From positions 1,560,001 through 1,592,000 of the forward strand of contig NZ_CP042905.2 in NCBI RefSeq assembly GCF_008000775.2: a stretch of DNA of 32,000 nt, given 5' to 3'. Every line of letters begins with the position of its first letter. The first letter of the stretch is position 1. Made by a program: the position numbers and the translations under genes. The notes under the pieces are model-generated. The model made no database searches. It worked only from the letters and a program-made list of their open reading frames with translations, and was not told the DNA's origin. The DNA comes from Promethearchaeum syntrophicum. GTDB taxonomy: Archaea > Asgardarchaeota > Lokiarchaeia > Sigyniarchaeales > Promethearchaeaceae. Below, piece by piece: positions 1 through 7,635 of this stretch.

Positions 1-886
1 ATAATGGTAAATCTTCAGGTTTTGATGCCAACTTGATCTTATTGGGTAATGACTCAGCGACGCTTACTGCACTTCTCCGAGAATTACAAAAAACCAAAAC
101 TTGTCCTCCTTCTTTTACCATTTCGATTGTCAAATTGCTAACATCGTCCATTTTTGGTAAATAAGGGACTTTTCTTATAGATCCATCTTTGAATTCGATT
201 TTATTTTTTAAATAAAAGCCTTCCTTAAGCTTTACCGGTCGCCAATCGCTGGTTATTAATTTGGCTTTTAGCCATTCTGCTAATTCATTAGCATTCTTTA
301 TTGTGGCAGAAAGACCGACGATTTGGATATTTGGGTTTAAAGTCATCAAGCGGGTTAGAAGGAATTCCAATGTTATTCCTCGTGAATCATCATTTATTAA
401 ATGAATTTCATCACAAATGACCATCTGGATATTTTCTATTAATTTTGGATTTAAACGAATAAGGGAATCTGCTTTTTCATTCGTCAATATAATTAGATCG
501 TTGAAAAATACACGAAAATCACTTTGATCAACATCACTTGTTGAAATACCGACGCGAATTCCTAAGTCCCCCCAAGACTTTTTGAATTCCTTATGTTTCT
601 CGTTTGCTAATGCTTTTAAAGGGCACAGATATAAAATTTTCTTTCTTTTCTTTGGTTCGTTTTTAGATTCTTCAGACGCTTTAAGAAATTTCTGAAGTGC
701 AATAATTTCAGCAATGAGAGTTTTCCCAGATGCAGTGGGAATGCTCACAACTAAATTATTTCCCTCTAATCCCGGTTTGATTGCTTCCCATTGTGGAGGA
801 TAGAATTGAGTAATTTTTCTCTTTTTTAAAAGATTTATTATTTTAGTATGCAAGAATTGAGAATAATTCTCTTCAATTTCATTCAT
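1..886 (-). CDS. Hel308/Ski2-like superfamily-2 DNA helicase, N-terminal part (the gene continues beyond the window start)
   Basis: This gene is absent from the ORF track because it runs off the window edge. Manual reverse-strand translation from the ATG at 886 stays open to base 1: MNEIEENYSQFLHTKIINLLKKRKITQFYPPQWEAIKPGLEGNNLVVSIPTASGKTLIAEI..LCPLKALANEK..VICDEIHLINDDSRG..VGLSATIKNANELAEWL..VLVFCNSRRS. Helicase motifs I (PTASGKT), Ia, II (DEIH), III (SAT) and IV occur in the order typical of Hel308. The start lies 21 nt downstream of the MCM stop and is preceded by GGGAG. Confidence 0.8.
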   Translation of the reverse strand, partial: MNEIEENYSQFLHTKIINLLKKRKITQFYPPQWEAIKPGLEGNNLVVSIPTASGKTLIAEIIALQKFLKASEESKNEPKKRKKILYLCPLKALANEKHKEFKKSWGDLGIRVGISTSDVDQSDFRVFFNDLIILTNEKADSLIRLNPKLIENIQMVICDEIHLINDDSRGITLEFLLTRLMTLNPNIQIVGLSATIKNANELAEWLKAKLITSDWRPVKLKEGFYLKNKIEFKDGSIRKVPYLPKMDDVSNLTIEMVKEGGQVLVFCNSRRSAVSVAESLPNKIKLASKPEDLPL

Positions 887-907
887 CCTAGATTATACTC
901 CCAGATC

Positions 908-3046
908 TTATTTGGGTTTTTTCGTTAATCTATATTCTCCAGGTTTCGGACAATAAAGTGTTCCTTCATTAGCCCACTCATTTAAGGCTTGTTGAACAAA
1001 TTCTTTAGTAATTCCTTGAAGGGTTGCAATTGGTTCATATATATCATCGAATACTAAAGGAGTGGTAGGATCTGCTAGAGTTAATTCTTTAATTTTTGAT
1101 AATATTTTATTGAATCGATCTTGTTTTGAATGAGTTCGCCCCGTCATCATTATATCGATATCATAAGTTTTTGTTTCTTCATCATAACCAATATCCTTCA
1201 TATAACGTTTTACTAATTCAATAACAGCATCTACATCTTCTTCAGTTACAACATCGCGTAAAGCCATTTTTGCATAGGCTTCACACATTCTAACAATCCC
1301 ATCAAGAGTTCGAGCAACAATACTTACCGCAGTTGAACCTTCTGGATTTGAATTACGCATTTCTACATAAAAATTACGGATCTTTTCTGCGGTTTTCTTT
1401 GTTAATTTTGGGAATGAATTATTTTTACAATAGCGGATATATTTCTTTAATAATTCCATTGGGATAAAATCCAAAGTAGCTTTCGGGGGTTTTCCTGATT
1501 CATCTTCCTCTAATGAAAAAGTATCATCATACCCTTGCATATGACTGGTCAATATATATTCTGCGATTATATCGTCCTCATGTTTATCTGGTTTATCTCG
1601 AATAACGAATATGAGATCAAACCGAGATAAAATTGGTGGACTCAGATTGATATTTTCGACTGCTGTCTCATATTCGTTCCAACGACCATGTTTAGGATTT
1701 GCAGCTGCTATGATTGCTGTTTTGGCTTGAAGTGTAGCTACAATGCCCCCCTTTGCTATGGAAATCGATTGTTGCTCCATTGCCTCGTGGATCGCTACTC
1801 TATCTGTTTTCCTCATCTTATCAAATTCATCAATACAGGCAATTCCTCCAGATGCTAAAACCAATGCTCCTGCTTCTAGCTGCATACCAGAATTATCATT
1901 TTCTCGTAAAACTGCTGCTGTTAATCCCGCTGCTGAGGAACCTTTTCCTGATGTATACACTGATCTCTTAGAAATCATAGAACAACTTTGAAGAATTTGC
2001 GATTTACCAGTCCCAGGATCGCCTAGGAATAAAACATGGATATCCCCTCGTAATTTACTCCCGTCCTTTTTCTTTTTTTGAATTCCTCCGAATAAGGACA
2101 TTGCGGCAGCCATTTTTAGTTGTTCTTGACCTAAAATTGTTCGAGCAATTGAACGTGCAATTTTTTTTTGAATTAACGGTTCCTGACTTAACGCAAAAAT
2201 TTGATCGATATCATCTTGGGTTAATTCAAGTTCTTCATCTTCTGAAGTCAATCCCTCAATGCTATTCGCGATAAGTTGAATCATAAATATAGTAGAAAGT
2301 CTACCTCTTCGATCTTCTTTTGGAATTGATTTTAAAATTCCCATTATTTTAATTCGTTCCCCCGGACGAACCGTATCGACTAAATCATGATATAATATCG
2401 CAGTAATCGTTTTCGGGATATCTCCAGATCTTAATTCTTCGGGGGATTCTTGAATGGTAATTAGCTGATAATCTATAAATTCCGATTCATCAGTAATTAC
2501 TCGAAAATTCCGATTATTTTTACAATTAGGATTGGTACATAAGTTAGGTGGAGTTAGTTTCTTGGTTGCTTGTTCTTCCTGCATAATATTGCCACAAAGA
2601 GGGCATTCGAATACTGCTTGAGTTATTTGAGGTCGAACATCAGAAGCGCGAATAATAATACCTTTTACATAAATTAATTTATCAATATGAACGGATCGAA
2701 TTTTTCTTAAATTAACATCATTAGAATTGTTAGCAGTGGCAATTCGTACCATATATTCTTCATTTGGGTTGAAAAGTCCTCCTGCATCAATCCTAATTAT
2801 ATTTTTAAATGCATCTACTGCATCGTGTAATGCTTGTTCTGGATGATTTTTTAAGTAATTTGCAAGCATTGGTTTGAAATTTAAAATATCTTCAAATAAA
2901 ACAGTAACAAAATTCTCAGATTTCGAATAAGCTTCACTTATTTTTTGTCTATATTTAAATATGTTTGGAGATTCTTCAAATTCTTTGAAAAATTCTTCAA
3001 AATCACTAATTGGGTTTGCTGGAAGCGAATCTGATTCAATTACCAT
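908..3046 (-). CDS. mcm: MCM replicative helicase (minichromosome maintenance protein)
   Basis: The 712-aa ORF carries an N-terminal zinc motif (CPLCGN..17 aa..CTNPNCKN), Walker A GDPGTGKS, the MCM Walker B box CIDEFDKM, and the arginine-finger region SRFDLIF. A C-terminal winged-helix-like tail is present. No intein insertion is evident. Confidence 0.95.
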   Translation of the reverse strand: MVIESDSLPANPISDFEEFFKEFEESPNIFKYRQKISEAYSKSENFVTVLFEDILNFKPMLANYLKNHPEQALHDAVDAFKNIIRIDAGGLFNPNEEYMVRIATANNSNDVNLRKIRSVHIDKLIYVKGIIIRASDVRPQITQAVFECPLCGNIMQEEQATKKLTPPNLCTNPNCKNNRNFRVITDESEFIDYQLITIQESPEELRSGDIPKTITAILYHDLVDTVRPGERIKIMGILKSIPKEDRRGRLSTIFMIQLIANSIEGLTSEDEELELTQDDIDQIFALSQEPLIQKKIARSIARTILGQEQLKMAAAMSLFGGIQKKKKDGSKLRGDIHVLFLGDPGTGKSQILQSCSMISKRSVYTSGKGSSAAGLTAAVLRENDNSGMQLEAGALVLASGGIACIDEFDKMRKTDRVAIHEAMEQQSISIAKGGIVATLQAKTAIIAAANPKHGRWNEYETAVENINLSPPILSRFDLIFVIRDKPDKHEDDIIAEYILTSHMQGYDDTFSLEEDESGKPPKATLDFIPMELLKKYIRYCKNNSFPKLTKKTAEKIRNFYVEMRNSNPEGSTAVSIVARTLDGIVRMCEAYAKMALRDVVTEEDVDAVIELVKRYMKDIGYDEETKTYDIDIMMTGRTHSKQDRFNKILSKIKELTLADPTTPLVFDDIYEPIATLQGITKEFVQQALNEWANEGTLYCPKPGEYRLTKKPK

Positions 3047-3340
3047 TTTTTTTCATTAATTTCCAATGTTAATTTACGTTCTTCAATAGGTCGAATTTTT
3101 TCCGTTATTTAATTATTTTTGTCGTATGCTTAATAATCGATAATAACAGAATATTTGATTAACATTTATCTTGTTACGTTTTTGAATATGAGAGTCCTAC
3201 AATTTTTTAAATTATTTACTTGGAATATCCCCTCAAATTTTAATGAAAATAAAAATATGTAAAGATATGAAAATTTTTTTAGAATTCTGCATTTTAGAAA
3301 CTAATTTTCAATTTAATTTTAATTTTGAGGTATAATAGAA

Positions 3341-4360
3341 ATGTCAGATCCCAACACAAATCCCAGTTCAGACCAATCACAAGCACCTAAATCACCTAAG
3401 GAATCAAAACTTGATCAACAATTAAAAAAGCTCACATCCCGTAAATTTCGCATTCAGAATGACGCAATCAATGAACTTGGTAAAATTAAAGATCCACAAG
3501 CAAAAATTAAACTAACTGAAATTGCAAGATCAAAAGAATGGGATAGTCAACTTCGTGTTACAGCAATCAGCTCTCTTGGAAGAGGACAAAAAAATAAAAA
3601 TTTGATGGATTTATTAATTGCATTAGCAAACGATAAAACCAATGATCGCGAAATACGCAGGGCATGTATAACACTATTATCCAGATATAGAGATATAAAA
3701 ATATTAGATACTTTTAGTCAATCACTAGATGATGAGTATAGATTCATTCGCTTTTGGGCAATAAGAGGGCTGATAAAATTAAGGGATAAAAAAGCAACTC
3801 CCGCTCTTATAAAAGGTTTGGGGGATTCTGATGAAGAAATTAGGAAAGAAGTCAGATCTCATCTTGAGATGTTAGGGGATGAGGCTGTTCCTGATATGAT
3901 TACGGCATTCACAGAACATAATGATAAAAAATTCTTACGTTATGGTGTTGTAGGTATGTTAGGAAGACTTAATCATCCGAAAGTGCTTCAATTTTTATTA
4001 GAAAGATTAAATGATGAAGAAGATAGACTTGTCACTATTGCTCTCCGAGGCATAAGCAAACAAGTAAATCCTAAATCCATTGAACCATTATTAACCCTGT
4101 ATATTAGTAAAAAGGACAAAAGAAGATTAATTGAAGATGCATTATTCCGTATCGGTCAAAGTTATTCAAAACTACTGGTAGAAAAAATCATAGTTAAGTT
4201 GAAAAACCAAAATGAAGATATAGTTACATTGGTAACAAATTTATTTGGTAAGCTACCTGAATGCGTGAGTTATTTGAAGAATTACCTTAAGGATAGCGAA
4301 TTAAATGAAGAGTTAAAAACAACTATTAATTCAATCTTAACAAAATTTGAGAAAAAATAA
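3341..4360 (+). CDS. HEAT / PBS-lyase-like repeat protein, function unknown
   Basis: The 339-aa ORF is built from repeated ~30-aa helical units with HEAT-like signatures: AINELGKIKDPQA, VTAISSLGRG, WAIRGLIKLRDKKATPALIKGLGDSDEEIRKEV, GVVGMLGRLNHPKVLQFLLERLNDEEDRLV. A GAGGT SD-like element lies upstream of the ATG. Confidence 0.65.
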   Translation: MSDPNTNPSSDQSQAPKSPKESKLDQQLKKLTSRKFRIQNDAINELGKIKDPQAKIKLTEIARSKEWDSQLRVTAISSLGRGQKNKNLMDLLIALANDKTNDREIRRACITLLSRYRDIKILDTFSQSLDDEYRFIRFWAIRGLIKLRDKKATPALIKGLGDSDEEIRKEVRSHLEMLGDEAVPDMITAFTEHNDKKFLRYGVVGMLGRLNHPKVLQFLLERLNDEEDRLVTIALRGISKQVNPKSIEPLLTLYISKKDKRRLIEDALFRIGQSYSKLLVEKIIVKLKNQNEDIVTLVTNLFGKLPECVSYLKNYLKDSELNEELKTTINSILTKFEKK

Positions 4361-4405
4361 TGAGTGATTGAAAAAATTTTAACTCGATAAAACCTTATTA
4401 GAAAT

Positions 4406-5575
4406 GTGGTTAAAAAAAATTTAGTCATTTCTCCCACTGGTGAAAAGGAAAATTCTCCCAATATTGAGATTGAAATTGATGAAATTGAACTTTCAGATTC
4501 AATAGAAGCTATTCATTCTGAAGATATCATAAAAAAAGTCTTTTTGGCTCCTGCGGGATATCCTATCAAACCTTTTGATGTTCCCAATCCTATTCAAGTG
4601 AGTGTTACTGACGAAAATCTTTTTCAAGCATATGCAACAGAACAGTGGTTAGGATTATCAGTTAAATTAAATGATTATATTTTTGACCAACTCATTATTC
4701 CTGATTTTGCTTTTAAAATTAAAAAAATTCTCCCAAAGAAAACACATCGGATTGGGGCTGAGACAAAATTTATCCTGGTTCAACCCCCTATTCGCAAACC
4801 AAAATTCAAAAAAATCACTTTTAACGATATAATTGGAAATGGACAAGCAATCTCAAAAGCAAAAATTATTGTGGAATATTTAAAAAATCCAGAAATTTTC
4901 GGAGAATGGGCTCCAAAGAATATCCTCTTTCATGGTCCACCAGGTACTGGAAAAACCCTTACAGCTAAAGCAATAGCGTCTGCTGCAAAATGTGCTTTCT
5001 TTGCTAAGAAAGGAACATCACTTATCGGCAATCATGTTGGTGATGGTGCTTCGAAGATTCATTCTCTTTATAATGAAGCGAAATCCCATGCTCCTGCAAT
5101 AATTTTCATAGATGAACTAGATTCGGTAGGTTTAAGCCGTGCTTTCCAAAATGTTCGCGGAGATGTTATTGAGGTTGCAGCTTCTTTATTAGCAGAACTT
5201 GATGGATTAGAAACCAGTGAAGGAGTTATAACTATTGGTGCCACCAATACATTGAAATTACTGGATTCGGGTTTAAGAAGCAGATTTGAAGAAGAAATTG
5301 AATTTCCAATCCCGACTGTAGAAGAGAGAGTTGATCTATTAAAATTATTCAGTAAGAAAATACCGTTTGAAATTGAAATAGATTTCAAAATAATAGCAAA
5401 AAACACTGAAAATTGGTCAGGTAGAGCCCTCCATGAAAAACTGATTAAAATTGCGGTACATAAAGCTATTCAGCAAGATTTAAAAATTGTAACAACCGAT
5501 ATGCTTATGGAGATTATCAACCAAGGTAAAAACAATAAGAAAGAACAAAAACCACCATCTAATATATTTACATAA
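4406..5575 (+). CDS. Single-module AAA+ ATPase (classic AAA family) with an uncharacterised ~150-aa N-terminal domain
   Basis: The 389-aa ORF has Walker A GPPGTGKT, Walker B IIFIDELD, and a second-region-of-homology-like segment GATNTLKLLDSGLRSRFEEEIEFPIP. The track start is GTG, and the true start is uncertain. It lies 45 nt downstream of the HEAT-repeat gene on the same strand. Confidence 0.85.
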   Translation: MVKKNLVISPTGEKENSPNIEIEIDEIELSDSIEAIHSEDIIKKVFLAPAGYPIKPFDVPNPIQVSVTDENLFQAYATEQWLGLSVKLNDYIFDQLIIPDFAFKIKKILPKKTHRIGAETKFILVQPPIRKPKFKKITFNDIIGNGQAISKAKIIVEYLKNPEIFGEWAPKNILFHGPPGTGKTLTAKAIASAAKCAFFAKKGTSLIGNHVGDGASKIHSLYNEAKSHAPAIIFIDELDSVGLSRAFQNVRGDVIEVAASLLAELDGLETSEGVITIGATNTLKLLDSGLRSRFEEEIEFPIPTVEERVDLLKLFSKKIPFEIEIDFKIIAKNTENWSGRALHEKLIKIAVHKAIQQDLKIVTTDMLMEIINQGKNNKKEQKPPSNIFT

Positions 5576-5583
5576 TTTTTTTT
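5576..5583 (+). terminator. Oligo-T tract (T8) immediately after the AAA ATPase stop codon
   Basis: The sequence reads taa-tttttttt. Archaeal RNA polymerase terminates at oligo-T runs. Confidence 0.4.
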
Positions 5584-5599
5584 AAAACTTCTAAAATCT

Positions 5600-5707
5600 G
5601 GGGCAGTAGTCTAGCTTGGTAAATTTTTCCCAATTTCGGGATATTTCCAAATTGATACTCGGCTGGGGGCCGAGTGGTCGAGTGTTCGAATCATTCCTGC
5701 CCCACCA
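5600..5707 (+). tRNA. tRNA-Pro (anticodon GGG) with an insert of ~31 nt (intron) in the D-loop/D-stem region; 3' CCA is encoded
   Basis: Hand fold of the sequence:
- Acceptor stem GGGGCAG (5600-5606) pairs perfectly with CTGCCCC (5697-5703), followed by discriminator A and CCA.
- The anticodon arm is intact: CTCGG-CTGGGGG-CCGAG (5658-5674), i.e. U33, G34 G35 G36, G37.
- The variable loop is TGGTC.
- The T arm is GAGTG-TTCGAAT-CATTC (5680-5696).
- The 5' D-arm TA-GTCT-AGCTTGGTA is separated from the only plausible 3' D-stem strand (TGAT, 5653-5656) by ~31 extra nt that can form their own hairpin (TCCC..GGGA). Confidence 0.75.
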
Positions 5708-5761
5708 TTCTTTATTTTGGTTTATTCTATTATATTTTCGTCTGTTATTATATGCATAGGC

Positions 5762-5770
5762 ATATATATA
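5762..5770 (+). promoter_or_regulatory. TATA-like box (atatatata) upstream of the vapB-like gene
   Basis: An alternating TA tract lies 31-39 nt upstream of the ATG at 5801. A second tatata lies at 5782-5787. This placement is consistent with an archaeal promoter giving a short-leader or leaderless mRNA. Confidence 0.3.
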
Positions 5771-5800
5771 CGTATTATTTGTATATACATTGATAATAAT

Positions 5801-6031
5801 ATGAGTTCAATTAGTGTTAGAATTAATTCAAAATTAAAAAAATTGATGGAATCTCATAAACACATCAATTGGAGTGAAATTATTCGCCAAGCAATTGCAA
5901 AAAAGCTCCAAAATGAGCAAAAAAAGAACATAGCTCGTGCAGTTTTAATAAATGAAAAAATTCGAAAAAAAGCTCCAGATAATTATGATAGCACTGAAAT
6001 TATTCGTAAATTTCGAGATGAACGTCATTAA
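5801..6031 (+). CDS. Ribbon-helix-helix (VapB/CopG-like) antitoxin
   Basis: The track ORF (5717, TTG start) begins 10 nt after the tRNA with an implausible hydrophobic low-complexity extension. The internal ATG at 5801 gives a 76-aa protein: MSSISVRINSKLKKLMESHKHINWSEIIRQAIAKKL.. This has the beta-strand/helix/helix pattern of RHH antitoxins. It sits directly upstream of a PIN gene. Confidence 0.6.
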   Translation: MSSISVRINSKLKKLMESHKHINWSEIIRQAIAKKLQNEQKKNIARAVLINEKIRKKAPDNYDSTEIIRKFRDERH

Positions 6032-6079
6032 ATAAAGGATATCTATTTTTAAAAATTATTTAAAGGATATTTGGAAAAC

Positions 6080-6514
6080 ATGGTTAAAAATATTATAATT
6101 GATGCTAGTGTAATTGTGAAATGGTTCATTGATGAAAATGACTCTGATAAAGCGGAAATAATAAAAGAGCAATTTATAAATGAGAAAATTAACATAATTA
6201 TTCCCGCTCTACTTAACTTTGAGGTTCTCAGCGCGCTAAAGTATAGTAAATTGTTTAATTTAGAGGAATTAAATTCAGTAGGGGAATCGATAGAAAATTA
6301 CGGATTTAATATTATTATGATCAGAGATGAAATTAGAGAGAAAATGATTGAATTTGCGATTAATCATGATATTTCTATATATGATGCATCTTATCTTGCA
6401 TTAGCAGAGAAATTTAAAACACAATTGATTACTGCAGATGAAAAAATTATAAAGAAGTTACCTAAAAATCTCAAGTTGCTTATTTTAAATCTAAAAAATT
6501 ATAATAAAGATTAA
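6080..6514 (+). CDS. vapC: PIN-domain ribonuclease toxin (VapC family)
   Basis: The protein shows IIIDASVIVKWFIDEN (first acidic residue), ..LNFEVLSAL.., ..IYDASYLALAEKFKTQLITADEKI (conserved D and the T/S-x-D motif). The ATG at 6080 is preferred over the TTG at 6071. Confidence 0.8.
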   Translation: MVKNIIIDASVIVKWFIDENDSDKAEIIKEQFINEKINIIIPALLNFEVLSALKYSKLFNLEELNSVGESIENYGFNIIMIRDEIREKMIEFAINHDISIYDASYLALAEKFKTQLITADEKIIKKLPKNLKLLILNLKNYNKD

Positions 6515-6515
6515 A

Positions 6516-7517
6516 TTATTTCAGAGGAATAAATTCATATAATTTATTAATTGATGGGGTAGGAGTTGAAGTTTTTTTAATTATCTCCTGAAATTCGTCT
6601 GCTATTTGCCTCATCTCATCGATAGCAGCCATTGCATGATCTCGAAGAGCTAATTCTCCTTTTTCCGATCCAAGGGCTTTTTTCAAGAAGAAAATTTGAA
6701 GGAATCTTGGATATCTGAATAATTTTTTTAAATTATCAGGATATATGGGAATATTTAGATTTTTTAAGACACAGAAACCCTCTTTAATTGCGCGAATTAC
6801 GAGTTTTATTCCATTTCTATCCTTTGCTAATTTATAGTTATCCCCTTTTGCATAAAATATTCCATTTGCCAATGGACTAACTAGAGCAATATGATATTTT
6901 AACCATGCATCTATATTATCTGTGAATACTACAGGGAATTTTGCAGCTTCAAATATTTTTTTTAACAATAATAAACGTGGAGTAATCTTTCCATTCATTT
7001 CCCCAAGTGTCATGTTACCTTTTTCTGAATGGATTGATTTGATCATTGGTCCTTCTCTTCTTCCACCGGCTGAAGGAAATCCTAATAAAATTCGTTCTTT
7101 ACGTATCAAATCTTGATAATTTTCAATCCCTGTGCCATTATTTCCCAGAAAAATGATATTTTCTGATTTATTTCGTTGTAAAATTGGTAGAATATCTAGA
7201 ACTTGATTTTTCCGCATGATTACGAAAATAAAATCATAAACATCATTCTCCTCTAAACTTTCTATTGCTGGAACATTAATTATTGTCTTTTTTTTCTGCA
7301 AATAATGGTTAATAACAATTCCATTCTTTTGGATGTCTTCTAAGCGTTTTCCACGAGCCAGAATATTGATCTCAACCTGAGTTTTATCTGTAATTTGAGA
7401 ATTATTTTCTTCACCATTTATGCATTCTTTAATGTTGTCCTTATATGAAAAGAGTTCTGACGCATATAAACTTCCAATTACCCCAGCACCATAAAATAAT
7501 ATTCTCATGTTTTTCAC
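6516..7517 (-). CDS. Ketopantoate reductase (ApbA/PanE) family NAD(P)-dependent oxidoreductase
   Basis: The N-terminus has a Rossmann motif, MRILFYGAGVIGSLYA. The C-terminal helical domain contains DAWLKYHIALVSPLANG, typical of the ApbA_C domain. An insert rich in polar residues follows the first beta-alpha unit. Substrate is not assignable. Confidence 0.55.
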   Translation of the reverse strand: MKNMRILFYGAGVIGSLYASELFSYKDNIKECINGEENNSQITDKTQVEINILARGKRLEDIQKNGIVINHYLQKKKTIINVPAIESLEENDVYDFIFVIMRKNQVLDILPILQRNKSENIIFLGNNGTGIENYQDLIRKERILLGFPSAGGRREGPMIKSIHSEKGNMTLGEMNGKITPRLLLLKKIFEAAKFPVVFTDNIDAWLKYHIALVSPLANGIFYAKGDNYKLAKDRNGIKLVIRAIKEGFCVLKNLNIPIYPDNLKKLFRYPRFLQIFFLKKALGSEKGELALRDHAMAAIDEMRQIADEFQEIIKKTSTPTPSINKLYEFIPLK

Positions 7518-7635
7518 TTGTTATTTATAAATTTTGTAGACTATTACTATTTTTTTTTAGGCTCGTCTAATTAATAAATTTTTTGTCAAATGGAAAAAAA
7601 TTAGCTTATTTATCTACAAGGATTTAAGTATATAT

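Noticed and set aside
1743-1991. Short ORFs from the track that lie antisense to, or out of frame within, long well-supported genes. They are 1743-1991, 1753-1971, 5068-5406, 6922-7116, 8981-9163, 9993-10184, 13415-13651, 13760-13969, 13993-14196, 14254-14439, 14797-15003, 15153-15449, 15192-15401, 15579-15854, 16556-16864, 17056-17289, 17566-17796, 19856-20203, 26377-26610, 27070-27288, 27343-27528, 28140-28334 and 31414-31752.
   Set aside because: All are embedded in CDSs with strong motif support. Their translations are low-complexity, or hydrophobic/Ser-rich, as expected for shadow frames of AT-rich genes. None has SD or TATA context or any recognisable motif.
3047-3340. A possible replication origin in the AT-rich 294-bp region upstream of mcm.
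   Set aside because: I found only weak inverted hexamers (ttccaa at about 3061 and ttggaa at about 3220), and a ttacgtt motif occurring twice. There are no convincing ORB or mini-ORB repeats with G-strings, and no adjacent orc1/cdc6 gene. The region is more simply the divergent promoter region for mcm and the HEAT-repeat gene.
5717-5800. The N-terminal extensions proposed by the track: the TTG start at 5717 for the antitoxin, and the alternative TTG/GTG starts at 6071, 8703 and 28508.
   Set aside because: The 5717 extension begins 10 nt after the tRNA and runs through the TATA-like tract, encoding an implausible Ile/Cys-rich peptide. For the other genes, in-frame ATGs a few codons downstream give N-termini that match family expectations.
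5708-6514. The vapBC-like pair as cargo of an element integrated into the tRNA-Pro 3' end.
   Set aside because: I saw no integrase gene, and no direct repeat of the tRNA 3' half (e.g. gttcgaatcattcctgcccc) downstream anywhere in the window.
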